Origin: Candidatus Daviesbacteria bacterium
Lineage (GTDB): Bacteria > Patescibacteriota > Microgenomatia > Daviesbacterales > UBA10151
Assembly (NCBI GenBank): GCA_016186955.1
Contig: JACPKP010000011.1
Span: 12,477-76,476, forward strand
Length of the DNA: 64,000 bases
Direction of reading: 5' to 3'
Below are positions 10,034 to 19,308 of this stretch, one piece after another. Position 1 is the stretch's first letter; every line of letters begins with the position of its first letter. Made by a program: the position numbers and the translations under genes. Under the pieces are notes generated by a model. It saw only the letters and a list, made by a program, of their open reading frames with translations. It was not told the origin of the DNA and made no database searches.

Positions 10034-10491
10034 AGAGTCTTTTAGCAAAACTGTGGCGGCTGCTTAAACTCCCCAAACACATTCAACTTAATATCATGAG
10101 ACTTACCCAAGATCAATTCTTAGTTGGAACAACAGGCATTGTCTTCAATAACAAAAATGAGGTTTTACTTTTTAAACATACCTATAGACAACATCAATGG
10201 AGCTTGCCCGGTGGTTATATGAAAGCAACAGAACATCCCTCTGAAGGCCTCGATAGAGAGATCGAAGAAGAGTCTGGACTGATTGTAAGCATTGATAAGG
10301 AAATAAAAATCAGAGCAGACAGGGAAACAGCAAGATTGGATATTGCATACATTGGCGCTTATATTGGTGGAAGGTTTAAATCCAGTAGCGAAGTGTCTGA
10401 CGCCAGATTTTTCTCTTTTGAAAATTTACCCCTTTTGCCTAAAAATCAGCTACTTATGATCAAGGAGGCTCTGCAAATGAAAGTCACTTAA
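10030..10491 (+). CDS. NUDIX hydrolase
   Basis: Nudix box GGYMKATEHPSEGLDREIEEESGL (Gx5Ex7REuxEExGu). Overlaps the upstream gene by 4 nt. Confidence 0.65.
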   Translation: MKSLLAKLWRLLKLPKHIQLNIMRLTQDQFLVGTTGIVFNNKNEVLLFKHTYRQHQWSLPGGYMKATEHPSEGLDREIEEESGLIVSIDKEIKIRADRETARLDIAYIGAYIGGRFKSSSEVSDARFFSFENLPLLPKNQLLMIKEALQMKVT

Positions 10492-10503
10492 CATCTAAAT
10501 GTG

Positions 10504-10827
10504 TCATCTAAACCCGGCTAAATATAATATCAAGCCTACAATTATAGCAATTACCAGCATTGAAGACAGTCCTCCAAAAGCCAATATTCCTAAAACTGAT
10601 AGTACCCATAAAATGAACAATACACCTGCTATTTCTTTAAAAGGACTGGGTAAGACACCAATTACCGATGAAATAACAAGCAGGATTAGAATATTCCATA
10701 GAGTAATTGGTTGACCATTTATGTTAAATAAAATCAAATCAGGGATAGGAAAGGCGCCAACGCTTAAATACCCTACAAACCAAAGAATGATCAAAATGAC
10801 GAGTAAAGCTTCAAGCATTTGAATCAA
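10504..10827 (-). CDS. Hypothetical polytopic membrane protein
   Basis: Three to four hydrophobic helices. Overlaps the next gene on the same strand. Confidence 0.35.
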   Translation of the reverse strand: MIQMLEALLVILIILWFVGYLSVGAFPIPDLILFNINGQPITLWNILILLVISSVIGVLPSPFKEIAGVLFILWVLSVLGILAFGGLSSMLVIAIIVGLILYLAGFR

Positions 10828-11266
10828 CTTTTTTATTTACTTCGTCTGGGGTAACCGGTTTAATAAATTGCAAAAGATTAACTAACCCATATGCCAAAAG
10901 TAAATATACCATCATGGCCACAAAAGTTGACCACTCAATTACAGGACCTTCATCAACAGATGTTTTAATAATTCCCCTGAAAGGGAGTGCAAGGGGAGCG
11001 CTTAAAGAATAAATTAAATTAACAAACCCGCTGGGATACGCTCCAGACATCCTCAGAAATATTCTAAATGCCAGCAAAAATTCAATAACACCTAAGATAT
11101 ACCAAATAACCTGATAGGTACGAAAAATTATTTTTTTCTTTTCAAATACTTTTTGAGGATGCTCAGTTTGTATAGGGGGAGGAGTTATGGTTTTTGTTGT
11201 TTGTGTAACTTGAACCGGAGCAGACTTTGATACTGTTGTTACTTCTTGAGCTTCTAATTGTGCCAT
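10811..11266 (-). CDS. Hypothetical membrane protein (YGGT-like?)
   Basis: Two TM helices flank a FLRMSGAYP loop. Family assignment is weak. Confidence 0.3.
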   Translation of the reverse strand: MAQLEAQEVTTVSKSAPVQVTQTTKTITPPPIQTEHPQKVFEKKKIIFRTYQVIWYILGVIEFLLAFRIFLRMSGAYPSGFVNLIYSLSAPLALPFRGIIKTSVDEGPVIEWSTFVAMMVYLLLAYGLVNLLQFIKPVTPDEVNKKVDSNA

Positions 11267-11429
11267 GTTTTTAATATAACATAAGAACCCAACCAGACCA
11301 AATACTGTTTAAAAATCTTTATTTATGGTGTGATAGTAGGAGTAGGCAAAGCAGTTGGATTTATAATAACATTAATGTTGTTCCAGAACTGGCAGATGGG
11401 TTGGGTGTTGGAGTAGAGCTAGGGGTGCA

Positions 11430-11576
11430 AAAACCCATACACCCTCCGGGTGTATTACCTGCCTGCCCTGCCCTGCCGGCAGGCGGGCGGCAGGCAGGAC
11501 TTGACACCTGCTCTTTTTCGGCTCCGTATTCCTAGTCTTAATCGAACTTGAAGTATCAATTCGAACCTATCTTGCT
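11430..11576. repeat. Repeat copy A: GC-palindrome element plus decayed tRNA-Asn 3'-end remnant
   Basis: aaacccatacaccctccgggtgtattacctgcctgcc...ggcaggcaggacttgacacctgctcttttt is near-identical to 13525-13611. It is followed by ggctcc...aatcgaacttgaag, which resembles the tRNA-Asn 3' region ggctcctcggccaagattcgaacttggaa. Confidence 0.55.
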
Positions 11577-12040
11577 AATCTAGGACTACTTTTTTCTCCC
11601 CTTTTATATATTGACGAATTAATAAACCGATTAAAGTTTGATAGGCTATACCATTTCTCTTGGCTTTAGCTTTAACCTTAATCAAATCCTCAGTATTAAC
11701 CCTGAGTGTAATACTTTTTGTTTGTTGTAACTACCTAAAGTTTCTAGCCGCTTCCTGAAACATTTGTTTAGTAACTTCTAGATTAGGGCTATTTTCAAAT
11801 TCGCCCTTTTCTAAAGCATTTTCTAAATCTTTCTCGTATTTATCAAGTATTACTTTCATTTTTGGCGCCTCCTTTCAGATATTTATCAGCCAACACCCTA
11901 CTTGGGTAGACTGTTTTTAAAAAAACTACTTTTCTTTTTTTATCTATTACGTAAGGCGTTGCATACACATATTCTTTTATCTTTATTACTAGTATTTTCT
12001 TCTCTTCAATATAAGTGCCACTTGGCTCCACTGTGTTGAT

Positions 12041-12910
12041 TCATTTAACCCCTATCTTCCATACCCCTTTTTCCCGAAAAGCAGGAATTGTTTGACGTTT
12101 TGCCGCATTTAAAATTACTGGAGCTGGTTTACCAATTTTTACCGCATACTCAGTTGCTTCGATAATTTTATTCCCTTTAAGATAGGCTACTCTTTTATGT
12201 AAAGCCTCCAGCAGCGCAAGCGATATTAACTTGTCCATATTTTTGGTCATTTTATCATCCCTATATTCCTTAAAAGAGTTATAATAGGCTTGCTTTTCTT
12301 TATCACGGATAATTACTCCAGGAAACCCCAATCTATATAGTTGATAATTTATAATAACTCTGCCAATTCTGCCATTGCCATCATTAAAAGGGTGAATTGT
12401 TTCAAATTGCAAGTGAAATTTAGAAATTTTATCTATAAAGTAATCTATATTATCGCTTGAGTATTCAATTAAAGCCTCTTCCAGTAAACGTTCTATATGT
12501 TCTGGAGCAGTAGCAATAAAAGTCCCTATGCGCACATATTCTGTTTTTTTGCGAAATCTCCCGGCAATACTTTCATCAATATTTCCTATTAACATCTGGT
12601 GAAGGAGTAATACAATCTCTTTAGAAAGCTCTCCAGCTTTATCACGGATATATTCCATGACCCGAGCCAAATTCTTAGCTTCAAAAACTTCACGCAGGCT
12701 GACATTTTTAGATACCTCCATCTCTAAGAGTATCTTCTCTGTTTCTTTTAAAGTTAAAGTAGAATTTTCTATAGCATTTGAGTTATAAACACTCTCGGGA
12801 ATTTCAGCTTCATCAATAATTTTAAGCAGAGACTCTTTGCCTGTCTTAAGATGATCATATTCTTTTTTAAGGATTTCTATCCTTTTTTGAAGGGGAAGCG
12901 AGGTTGACAT
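12041..12910 (-). CDS. Fic/Doc family protein (AMPylase-type)
   Basis: Canonical Fic motif HPFNDGNGRIGR. Confidence 0.75.
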   Translation of the reverse strand: MSTSLPLQKRIEILKKEYDHLKTGKESLLKIIDEAEIPESVYNSNAIENSTLTLKETEKILLEMEVSKNVSLREVFEAKNLARVMEYIRDKAGELSKEIVLLLHQMLIGNIDESIAGRFRKKTEYVRIGTFIATAPEHIERLLEEALIEYSSDNIDYFIDKISKFHLQFETIHPFNDGNGRIGRVIINYQLYRLGFPGVIIRDKEKQAYYNSFKEYRDDKMTKNMDKLISLALLEALHKRVAYLKGNKIIEATEYAVKIGKPAPVILNAAKRQTIPAFREKGVWKIGVK

Positions 12911-13107
12911 GATACCCTATTATACCAGATTCACGTTATTTTGTCAATTTGACGTGAATTAAGTGCCATTTACGGCATAAATTCACGCTATTTAGTCGGT
13001 TCGAGTAAAAACTATCTGGCTCCCCTGAGTTGGTGCGCTTAGAACTAGCATTGTTAGAATCTGAGGACGAATTCGAACCTGTATTCGTTTAAATTAGAAG
13101 AGGACTA

Positions 13108-13347
13108 CTAATTTGCTTGCTCTGAGTCCAGAATAGTCCTTTGATGATCTGAATTGAAGATAATTCTCAATCGTTCTATGGCATCTTTAAGTATGTAACC
13201 ACGACTCCCTAAATTTTCGATAGCATGGTTAGTATTCGCCTGGTCAAACATATCTATAACATAGACTGCTCCTTCTAAAATAGGTTGTACTTCTTCTGTA
13301 GGAGATAATTCTCTTTGAGATGATTCATAAAGGACTCGTTCTATCAT
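13108..13347 (-). CDS. Hypothetical small protein
   Basis: ORF only. Confidence 0.25.
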   Translation of the reverse strand: MIERVLYESSQRELSPTEEVQPILEGAVYVIDMFDQANTNHAIENLGSRGYILKDAIERLRIIFNSDHQRTILDSEQAN

Positions 13348-13524
13348 TGGAGGATAATATCATGACATAATTGAGATTGCAAGAATCATTTTATTTGCTC
13401 TTCGAGTAAATTCTGTTATGCTACTAATTTAGCCTGAAGTTCTGTTTTTAGGCTCTCATTATCTTTGAACAGGATTGTTTGAAGCCCTGCTCTATTAGCT
13501 GCTTCTACATTTACTTCACTATCG

Positions 13525-13611
13525 AAACCCATACACCCTCCGGGTGTATTACCTGCCTGCCGGCCTGCCTGACGGCAGTCAGGGCAGGCAGGACTTGACA
13601 CCTGCTCTTTT
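13525..13611. repeat. Repeat copy B: GC-palindrome element abutting attL
   Basis: Same about 90-nt unit as 11430-11520 (acaccctccgggtgt hairpin, cctgcctgcc...ggcaggcagg palindrome, cttgacacctgctctttttt). Confidence 0.6.
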
Positions 13612-13858
13612 TTGGCTCCTCGGCCAAGATAATATACCCTCGCTTCGCTCAAGCGAACAGCTTCCCATTTCATGGGGCGCAGTTCAAATCAGTCTCGAGA
13701 AAAAAATGAAAAATACAGATATGAAACCTCTATTTTTCATTTTGCTCCCCTTATTGGACACATTAAGAACTTTTAATTACCCTCAACTAGGAAACTTTGC
13801 TTACGCTTAGTTATAAAAATGATAATATACTAAATATAGCATCTTTAAAAATTAAGTA

Positions 13859-14575
13859 ATGAACAGTCAACAAAAAACTTTATTGATTATTAGCTTCGTA
13901 TTAGCTTTTGTAATTCCCATTTATGGATTAAGCCAATCATTAGCAGCTGGGTCATATGGTCAAACAAGACTTCCAGGGTTTACAGTATTTGTACTTGAAG
14001 CTGCCCTATTAGCAGCTACGGTTTTTGTTTATAAAATCCTGAAGGAACATCCAAACCTAAAAAGAAGCCTAATTACAGCTTTGATTGTTTTTATTACTCC
14101 TTTTATAGTTGGTGGATTATGTTTTTGGGGTTATGTTTCTTGGGCTAGCCATCAATATACCCCTTCTAACTTTGTCGCCGATCCAGCACCTCTAAAACCT
14201 GGTAAGGATATCTATCAGGTGGCAGAAGATATACCTTATGGTTACATGACATTAAGAATTGAGGCTGTAAAACGGCTGAGCACCAACATGATTGAGGTGG
14301 ATTTATATGAATATAACTCAAAGGACAATCCAAATAAACTGCAAATGTTTAATTCTCAATATTATTTAGAGGCACCAGACAAAACCAGAATAGAGCCAAA
14401 TTTTGATAATGGTGGTTTAAGAGGGGTTGATGTAGAACCAGATGAGGCAAAAAGAGGTAGAGTACTATTCCAAAATGATGCTTTGAAAGCGAATACACCT
14501 TTTATACTAAAGGTTCTACCATTTGAGGGGTCTCCTGCTCTTTCAGTGGATATTAGTAAGTATCTAGTTCAATAA
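13859..14575 (+). CDS. Membrane protein with C-terminal extracytoplasmic beta domain (DUF4352-like?)
   Basis: Three N-terminal TM helices, then a soluble domain. First gene inside the element. Confidence 0.4.
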   Translation: MNSQQKTLLIISFVLAFVIPIYGLSQSLAAGSYGQTRLPGFTVFVLEAALLAATVFVYKILKEHPNLKRSLITALIVFITPFIVGGLCFWGYVSWASHQYTPSNFVADPAPLKPGKDIYQVAEDIPYGYMTLRIEAVKRLSTNMIEVDLYEYNSKDNPNKLQMFNSQYYLEAPDKTRIEPNFDNGGLRGVDVEPDEAKRGRVLFQNDALKANTPFILKVLPFEGSPALSVDISKYLVQ

Positions 14576-14584
14576 GAAGAACCT

Positions 14585-15391
14585 TTACTGCTTCTTTTTC
14601 CCTCCAACACCTTTAATCTCAGTCAGGGTTTTATCAGCATCTTCCATAACTTTTCTCATAGAGTCGGCTTCTTTGCTCTGAAGAAAGTTGTCTCTTGTAA
14701 GTATTCTTAACGGTGTCTCTTTAGATACCACAAACGAACGTCCAGGCTCAGGAAAAAGTTTAGTACCCACCTTTATGTAGACTATATAACCTGCACCTAT
14801 ATAAAAACGGTAGGCATTCAAACCTGCGAACATATCAGTATCATACTCAGGGTGAGGATCAGCCATAAATGACTGTCCAATATCATCAGGAAACCTCGCA
14901 ATGATAAAAGAGAAGTTATTATCACCCCCTGAGTCATTATTCAATATATTTTGTCTAGCTCTTTCTAATTCTTCCTGGCTAAGATTTATTTTCCCAAATT
15001 GAGGTAACTGGCTTGCTCCTGCCCTCCATAACACTGAGATAACAAAAAGTTTTAATTTTTCATAATCAAATTGAGCTATTTCCCACCCTTTTAAATCACC
15101 ATTAACTATTATCTGCCTGTGGTGGTCTTCGTTTTGAAGAAGTAACCTAGGGGAATAATTATCATAAGGAGCAAATCTATTTTCGCACTCCGCACAAACC
15201 AGATCGGAATCGTACCACCCTATTCTCACCTTGCCTATTGGAAATTGATCCTTTGTATTAGTAATCAATTTCATCGATTGGGTTTTGGTCATTTTTGCTT
15301 TGCGCCTTGAGTACTCAAAATAAGCTCTTGGAAGAACATGAGCATTAGCTAATTTCACTACCTTCTCTTTGCAGAACTTACAGGTTTTCAT
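14585..15391 (-). CDS. Hypothetical protein with N-terminal HNH-like Cys/His motif
   Basis: N-terminal CKFCKEK...AHVLP resembles an HNH/zinc-ribbon nuclease signature. Remainder unrecognised. Confidence 0.35.
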   Translation of the reverse strand: MKTCKFCKEKVVKLANAHVLPRAYFEYSRRKAKMTKTQSMKLITNTKDQFPIGKVRIGWYDSDLVCAECENRFAPYDNYSPRLLLQNEDHHRQIIVNGDLKGWEIAQFDYEKLKLFVISVLWRAGASQLPQFGKINLSQEELERARQNILNNDSGGDNNFSFIIARFPDDIGQSFMADPHPEYDTDMFAGLNAYRFYIGAGYIVYIKVGTKLFPEPGRSFVVSKETPLRILTRDNFLQSKEADSMRKVMEDADKTLTEIKGVGGKKKQ

Positions 15392-15460
15392 AACCCCAAA
15401 ATTTTACCATTAAGGCTGGTATAATAACTAAAGTGACTGCCCTAAAAGAAGTAATGACTT

Positions 15461-16459
15461 ATGATAAAACGAGATGCAAATGGCAAATGGACGGCTTCTA
15501 ATGTCCCCAAGGATGTTAACCCTGTGTATGCAAGGGCTTTAGTAGATTTTTTTAATTCTCTTGACCCTCTCTTCACTAAAGCACAAGAGAAATCTGATTT
15601 TGAGTTTATTTTTGCGTTACTCAATGTTCAAGGAATGCAAGATGCTGGATGGGATGCTTTTGAAACTACCAAAGATATTTTTGAGACTTTTAATAAACTG
15701 AAGTCAAAAATTAAATACAATGATGAACAGCTACACCTTTTTTTAGTTTTATACGGCTTAATACTAGAAGCATCCTATCCATATGACCTTCTCTATAACT
15801 TGCTAAGAATAATTTCAGGCGAAAGATATTCAGTTATTTGCTTCCCAGACATAAAAATGGGTAGTAGTGGCAAGACCAGACCAATGTTTGCATCAGAAAA
15901 AATTAACAAAATAAAAGAACTGGCAAAAAAATTAGGTCTGGAATTAAATATACAACCTCTTGTGAACATTTTTGATAAAGAATTGCGAAATGCTATCTTC
16001 CATTCAGATTATTGCCTTTACGATAACGAATTACGACTACCAAAGTCTTCAACTATCTATAAAGTGGATAATGTAATGGCAATACTAAATAAAACAGTTG
16101 CTTATTACGAGGTGATTGTCAGGCTGGTAAAAATGTATAAGGCATCATATGAGAGACCTGAACTAATTGACCCTCCCCCTAGTTTTAATGCTGACCCAGA
16201 AGAAAAAATGGTAGTAATGGTGCGTAAAGGCACAGGAGCCATTGGAATTAAGAGTAATTGGACACAGGAGGAAATTGCTCAGGGAAAGATATCGTTCAGT
16301 ATAAGCCGCTTATTGCCCTACGAACAAAGAATGCTTCAAAAAGACCCTACGCTAGTTGAGTTCCCAGAAAACAAAGTTGAGAAATGGAATAAATTTTTGC
16401 ATATGTTCCCTGTACCAATAAGAAAACATCTCTTACCTATAACAGAACGGTTCTTGTAG
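15461..16459 (+). CDS. HEPN-motif protein, Abi_2 (AbiD/AbiF)-like abortive-infection candidate
   Basis: Contains ELRNAIFHSDY, a match to the Rx4-6H/RNxxxH HEPN motif conserved in AbiD/AbiF-like proteins. Size about 330 aa. Confidence 0.4.
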   Translation: MIKRDANGKWTASNVPKDVNPVYARALVDFFNSLDPLFTKAQEKSDFEFIFALLNVQGMQDAGWDAFETTKDIFETFNKLKSKIKYNDEQLHLFLVLYGLILEASYPYDLLYNLLRIISGERYSVICFPDIKMGSSGKTRPMFASEKINKIKELAKKLGLELNIQPLVNIFDKELRNAIFHSDYCLYDNELRLPKSSTIYKVDNVMAILNKTVAYYEVIVRLVKMYKASYERPELIDPPPSFNADPEEKMVVMVRKGTGAIGIKSNWTQEEIAQGKISFSISRLLPYEQRMLQKDPTLVEFPENKVEKWNKFLHMFPVPIRKHLLPITERFL

Positions 16460-16477
16460 CCTGTTTTTAAAAATGTA

Positions 16478-17209
16478 ATGAATAAGATTAAATCATCAGA
16501 CACAAAAATAACAATTGGTCAGTTAAGCAAGCTCACGGCTGAAGAGCGAACCAAAGTATTAGAACCAATTGTGAAAGCTAACGCAGAACAATTTACCAAA
16601 ATTGCCAGCGCTATAGGTGAAGCCTCTAATTTTGCTAAGACTATTAGCTCTATTGCCAGCTCTTTTAGGCTTCCGATGATTGATATGTTAGAAAACATCA
16701 AGCTCCCAGAACTACCCCAAATTCCTGATGTATACAGTTCTATTGATACTAAGGGAATGAGCTTTGAAAGATATGATCCACCAGTAGTAATTAAAAAATC
16801 AAAGTGGGAAATAGAAAAAGAAGCACGAGAGGCTTATAGAACAGAACTTCAAATTCAAGTGCTGGAACAACAACTGAATCTTTATAAAGGAATGCTCGCA
16901 CCTCAATATGATATAAATACTGGCACTATTACCTTTCTAGGTAAACAGATACAAATACCTCTAAATACAAATTTGGAAATGATCTGTCGCATTGTTCTTA
17001 AAAACTTAACCAATATGAAACGTAAGTGGTCGTGGGAGGAAATTATTGAAGAAAACAGAGAAAGCACTGATAATTTCACCTCAAGACAAATATATACGGC
17101 AGTCAGGTCAATCAATGATAAAGTTGCCGTAGAAACACAAGCAAAAGACCTACTTATTTCAAAACCCTACTCAACCGTTCAGGTAAACCCCAAATACCTG
17201 GCTAAATAG
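16478..17209 (+). CDS. Hypothetical protein (element cargo)
   Basis: ORF only; partly coiled-coil. Confidence 0.35.
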   Translation: MNKIKSSDTKITIGQLSKLTAEERTKVLEPIVKANAEQFTKIASAIGEASNFAKTISSIASSFRLPMIDMLENIKLPELPQIPDVYSSIDTKGMSFERYDPPVVIKKSKWEIEKEAREAYRTELQIQVLEQQLNLYKGMLAPQYDINTGTITFLGKQIQIPLNTNLEMICRIVLKNLTNMKRKWSWEEIIEENRESTDNFTSRQIYTAVRSINDKVAVETQAKDLLISKPYSTVQVNPKYLAK

Positions 17210-17556
17210 TTAGCTACATTTAGCTACTATCCCCTTTGATAAGCTCTGTTCATTATGAAACAAAGTAATGAGCAGCTAAAAATGAGCTTGGAAAAACTCT
17301 ATGGTCGCACCTTGACCACACAGGAACTTTTTTCTATCAAATACAACCTCGTAGGCTTCTTTGAAACCTTAATTAAGTTAGATAAACAGATGCAGAAAGG
17401 AGCACTTTATGGGAGCTCGTGAAGAAATGCAAAAAGAATATGAGCAGAACCTAGACAATCTCTTTGTTGAGGATTTTAAAGACTTGCTGATGAGTCTTTA
17501 TAAAAAACACCTAAGTTTAAATATAAAAAGAGGTATAGCAGCAAAAAGGAGAAAAA

Positions 17557-17826
17557 ATGCTCAAAGTAAGTGAGGTTCAGATAAGAGTCATTAAGCCCAA
17601 GGATGGGCTCGTAGGCTTTGCTAGCTGTGTCTTAGATGGTGTCCTCTACCTAAGTTCTATTGGCATATTTAGCAGACTGGATGGGACTGGCTACAGAATA
17701 ACTTTCCCAACTAAAAAAGTTGGCGATACTGACCTACAAATCTTTCATCCAATTAGCAGAGAGCTCGGTCAAGAAATAGAACAGGCAATTATTGATAAAG
17801 CTAGAAAGGTTTTTGAGGCTATATGA
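17557..17826 (+). CDS. spoVG: SpoVG family protein
   Basis: MLKVSEVQIRVIKP...GFASCVLDGVLYLSSIGIF...FPTKK...IFHPISRELGQEIEQAI matches the SpoVG pattern V.IR.I/ASI.FD..F.I..I.V/P...DI.HPI..E.R..I. Confidence 0.6.
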   Translation: MLKVSEVQIRVIKPKDGLVGFASCVLDGVLYLSSIGIFSRLDGTGYRITFPTKKVGDTDLQIFHPISRELGQEIEQAIIDKARKVFEAI

Positions 17827-17873
17827 GCTGAAAATCACTGACAGCTTATGTCGCTGAAGTAATGAGGTAAGTA

Positions 17874-19025
17874 ATGATTGACACAGTAATCCTAACTATG
17901 CAACTAGATAAAACACTTGTTACCGACCCTGATAAGTTCACACCTTCGCTAAGATGGCTTAAAGAAAGCGATAGGGGTTTTGGTGCTCGTTTGTTTACAA
18001 AGTACACTCAAAATATAAATCAAAAGTATGGTTATTACCCTCGTTTGACGGTTACTCCTAGATGGAAAGGGTATCTTGAAATACCTCTGAAAATTGAGTT
18101 TTCAGTCCCTAAATTATTATATGGTAACAACTTGGATGAAGTTAGCGAGGATGACTTTGAAAGAGTAATAGAAGTATTACAAAGCAAGCTAAAAGAAATG
18201 GGTATTAGAGTATTTCCAGAGCAGCTTAGAAATGCTCTGGTTTCCGCTGTGCATTATTCAAAAAATATACCCTTGTCTCATTTTGTTACAGCCTCCTGGG
18301 TAATCAGTGTCCTGAGCAAATTAGATGTAACTAAAAGATTAGAGCTTAACCATAGACATTTTAAGAACCAGGGACACGCTCTCTATTTTGACTGTGGCTC
18401 CTACCAAATAGTTATCTACGACAAACTAAAAGATATAGGTAAAAGTAAGCGGCACGCTGTAGATAAAGAACCTACATCAGAACAGCTAGGATTATTTGAC
18501 TTTATTAAGAAAAATAAGATACCTGCAGAAATTCTTAGAATTGAGATTAGACTTGTTCAGAAAGGAAAACTTAATTCCCTCTTTACCCAATTTGGTTATC
18601 CAGCTAATCCTACTTTTAAACAGATTTTTAATAGTGAAATTGCTAGAAAAGTTCTACACTTTTACTGGGACTTTATTGCTAATGAGAAGAGTTTATTTCT
18701 ACTCAAAGCCACTGACCAGGACACTTTAAAACAAGTAATTGAATTCCAGAGATTGAATAAAAGAAAGTTAAGTACTATTGAAACTTTAGGTATAGCTCAA
18801 ATTATAGAGTATTCTAAGACAAATGGGCTTAGAACATTAAGAGAGTCCCTTAGTAGCTTTTATTCAGACAGAAACTGGTTTAGACAACAAAAGTATTTTG
18901 ATTTAATAGAAAAAATTACTGCAGATAAAAAACCGTATGACTTTGTTACAGATATTGAAAATACCCTTAATACATTGAAGCCATATAGAATTGAGAACGA
19001 CTTAATCAAAGGAGAAGAGTCGTGA
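17874..19025 (+). CDS. Putative replication initiation protein (Rep_trans-like)
   Basis: 383 aa, positioned between a small regulator and the integrase as in phage or ICE replication modules. Family call by architecture only. Confidence 0.3.
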   Translation: MIDTVILTMQLDKTLVTDPDKFTPSLRWLKESDRGFGARLFTKYTQNINQKYGYYPRLTVTPRWKGYLEIPLKIEFSVPKLLYGNNLDEVSEDDFERVIEVLQSKLKEMGIRVFPEQLRNALVSAVHYSKNIPLSHFVTASWVISVLSKLDVTKRLELNHRHFKNQGHALYFDCGSYQIVIYDKLKDIGKSKRHAVDKEPTSEQLGLFDFIKKNKIPAEILRIEIRLVQKGKLNSLFTQFGYPANPTFKQIFNSEIARKVLHFYWDFIANEKSLFLLKATDQDTLKQVIEFQRLNKRKLSTIETLGIAQIIEYSKTNGLRTLRESLSSFYSDRNWFRQQKYFDLIEKITADKKPYDFVTDIENTLNTLKPYRIENDLIKGEES

Positions 19026-19226
19026 TAAAGGGATTTTCAAGGCTTTTGCAAGCCTACCTATATTTTCTAAGGATGGGTTTCTTAATCCTCTTTCAATACC
19101 TGAGATATAGGTTCTATCTAACCCAGTCTCAAAACCTAACTTCTCTTGAGAAAGCCCAATGCTCTTTCTTAATTCAAGAATCCTGGCACCGAACTTTTTC
19201 CTTAGTGGACTTGATTTTGTTACCAT
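19002..19226 (-). CDS. XRE-family HTH transcriptional regulator
   Basis: ILELRKSIGLSQEKLGFETGLDRTYISGIERGLRNPSLENIGRLAKAL is a canonical HTH_3 segment. Confidence 0.65.
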   Translation of the reverse strand: MVTKSSPLRKKFGARILELRKSIGLSQEKLGFETGLDRTYISGIERGLRNPSLENIGRLAKALKIPLSRLFSFD

Positions 19227-19308
19227 CAGCTATCATAATCAGAGATAAGTGGACTATTGGTCTACGGACTATTAGTCACAATCTCTGTCAAAAGGAGGTG
19301 AAAAAGTA

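Noticed and set aside
13416-13673. 85-aa ORF overlapping repeat copy B and attL
   Set aside because: It is read through the GC-rich palindrome and att core (AGRQAGNTPGGCMGF comes from the palindrome). It has no plausible start context and is most likely spurious.
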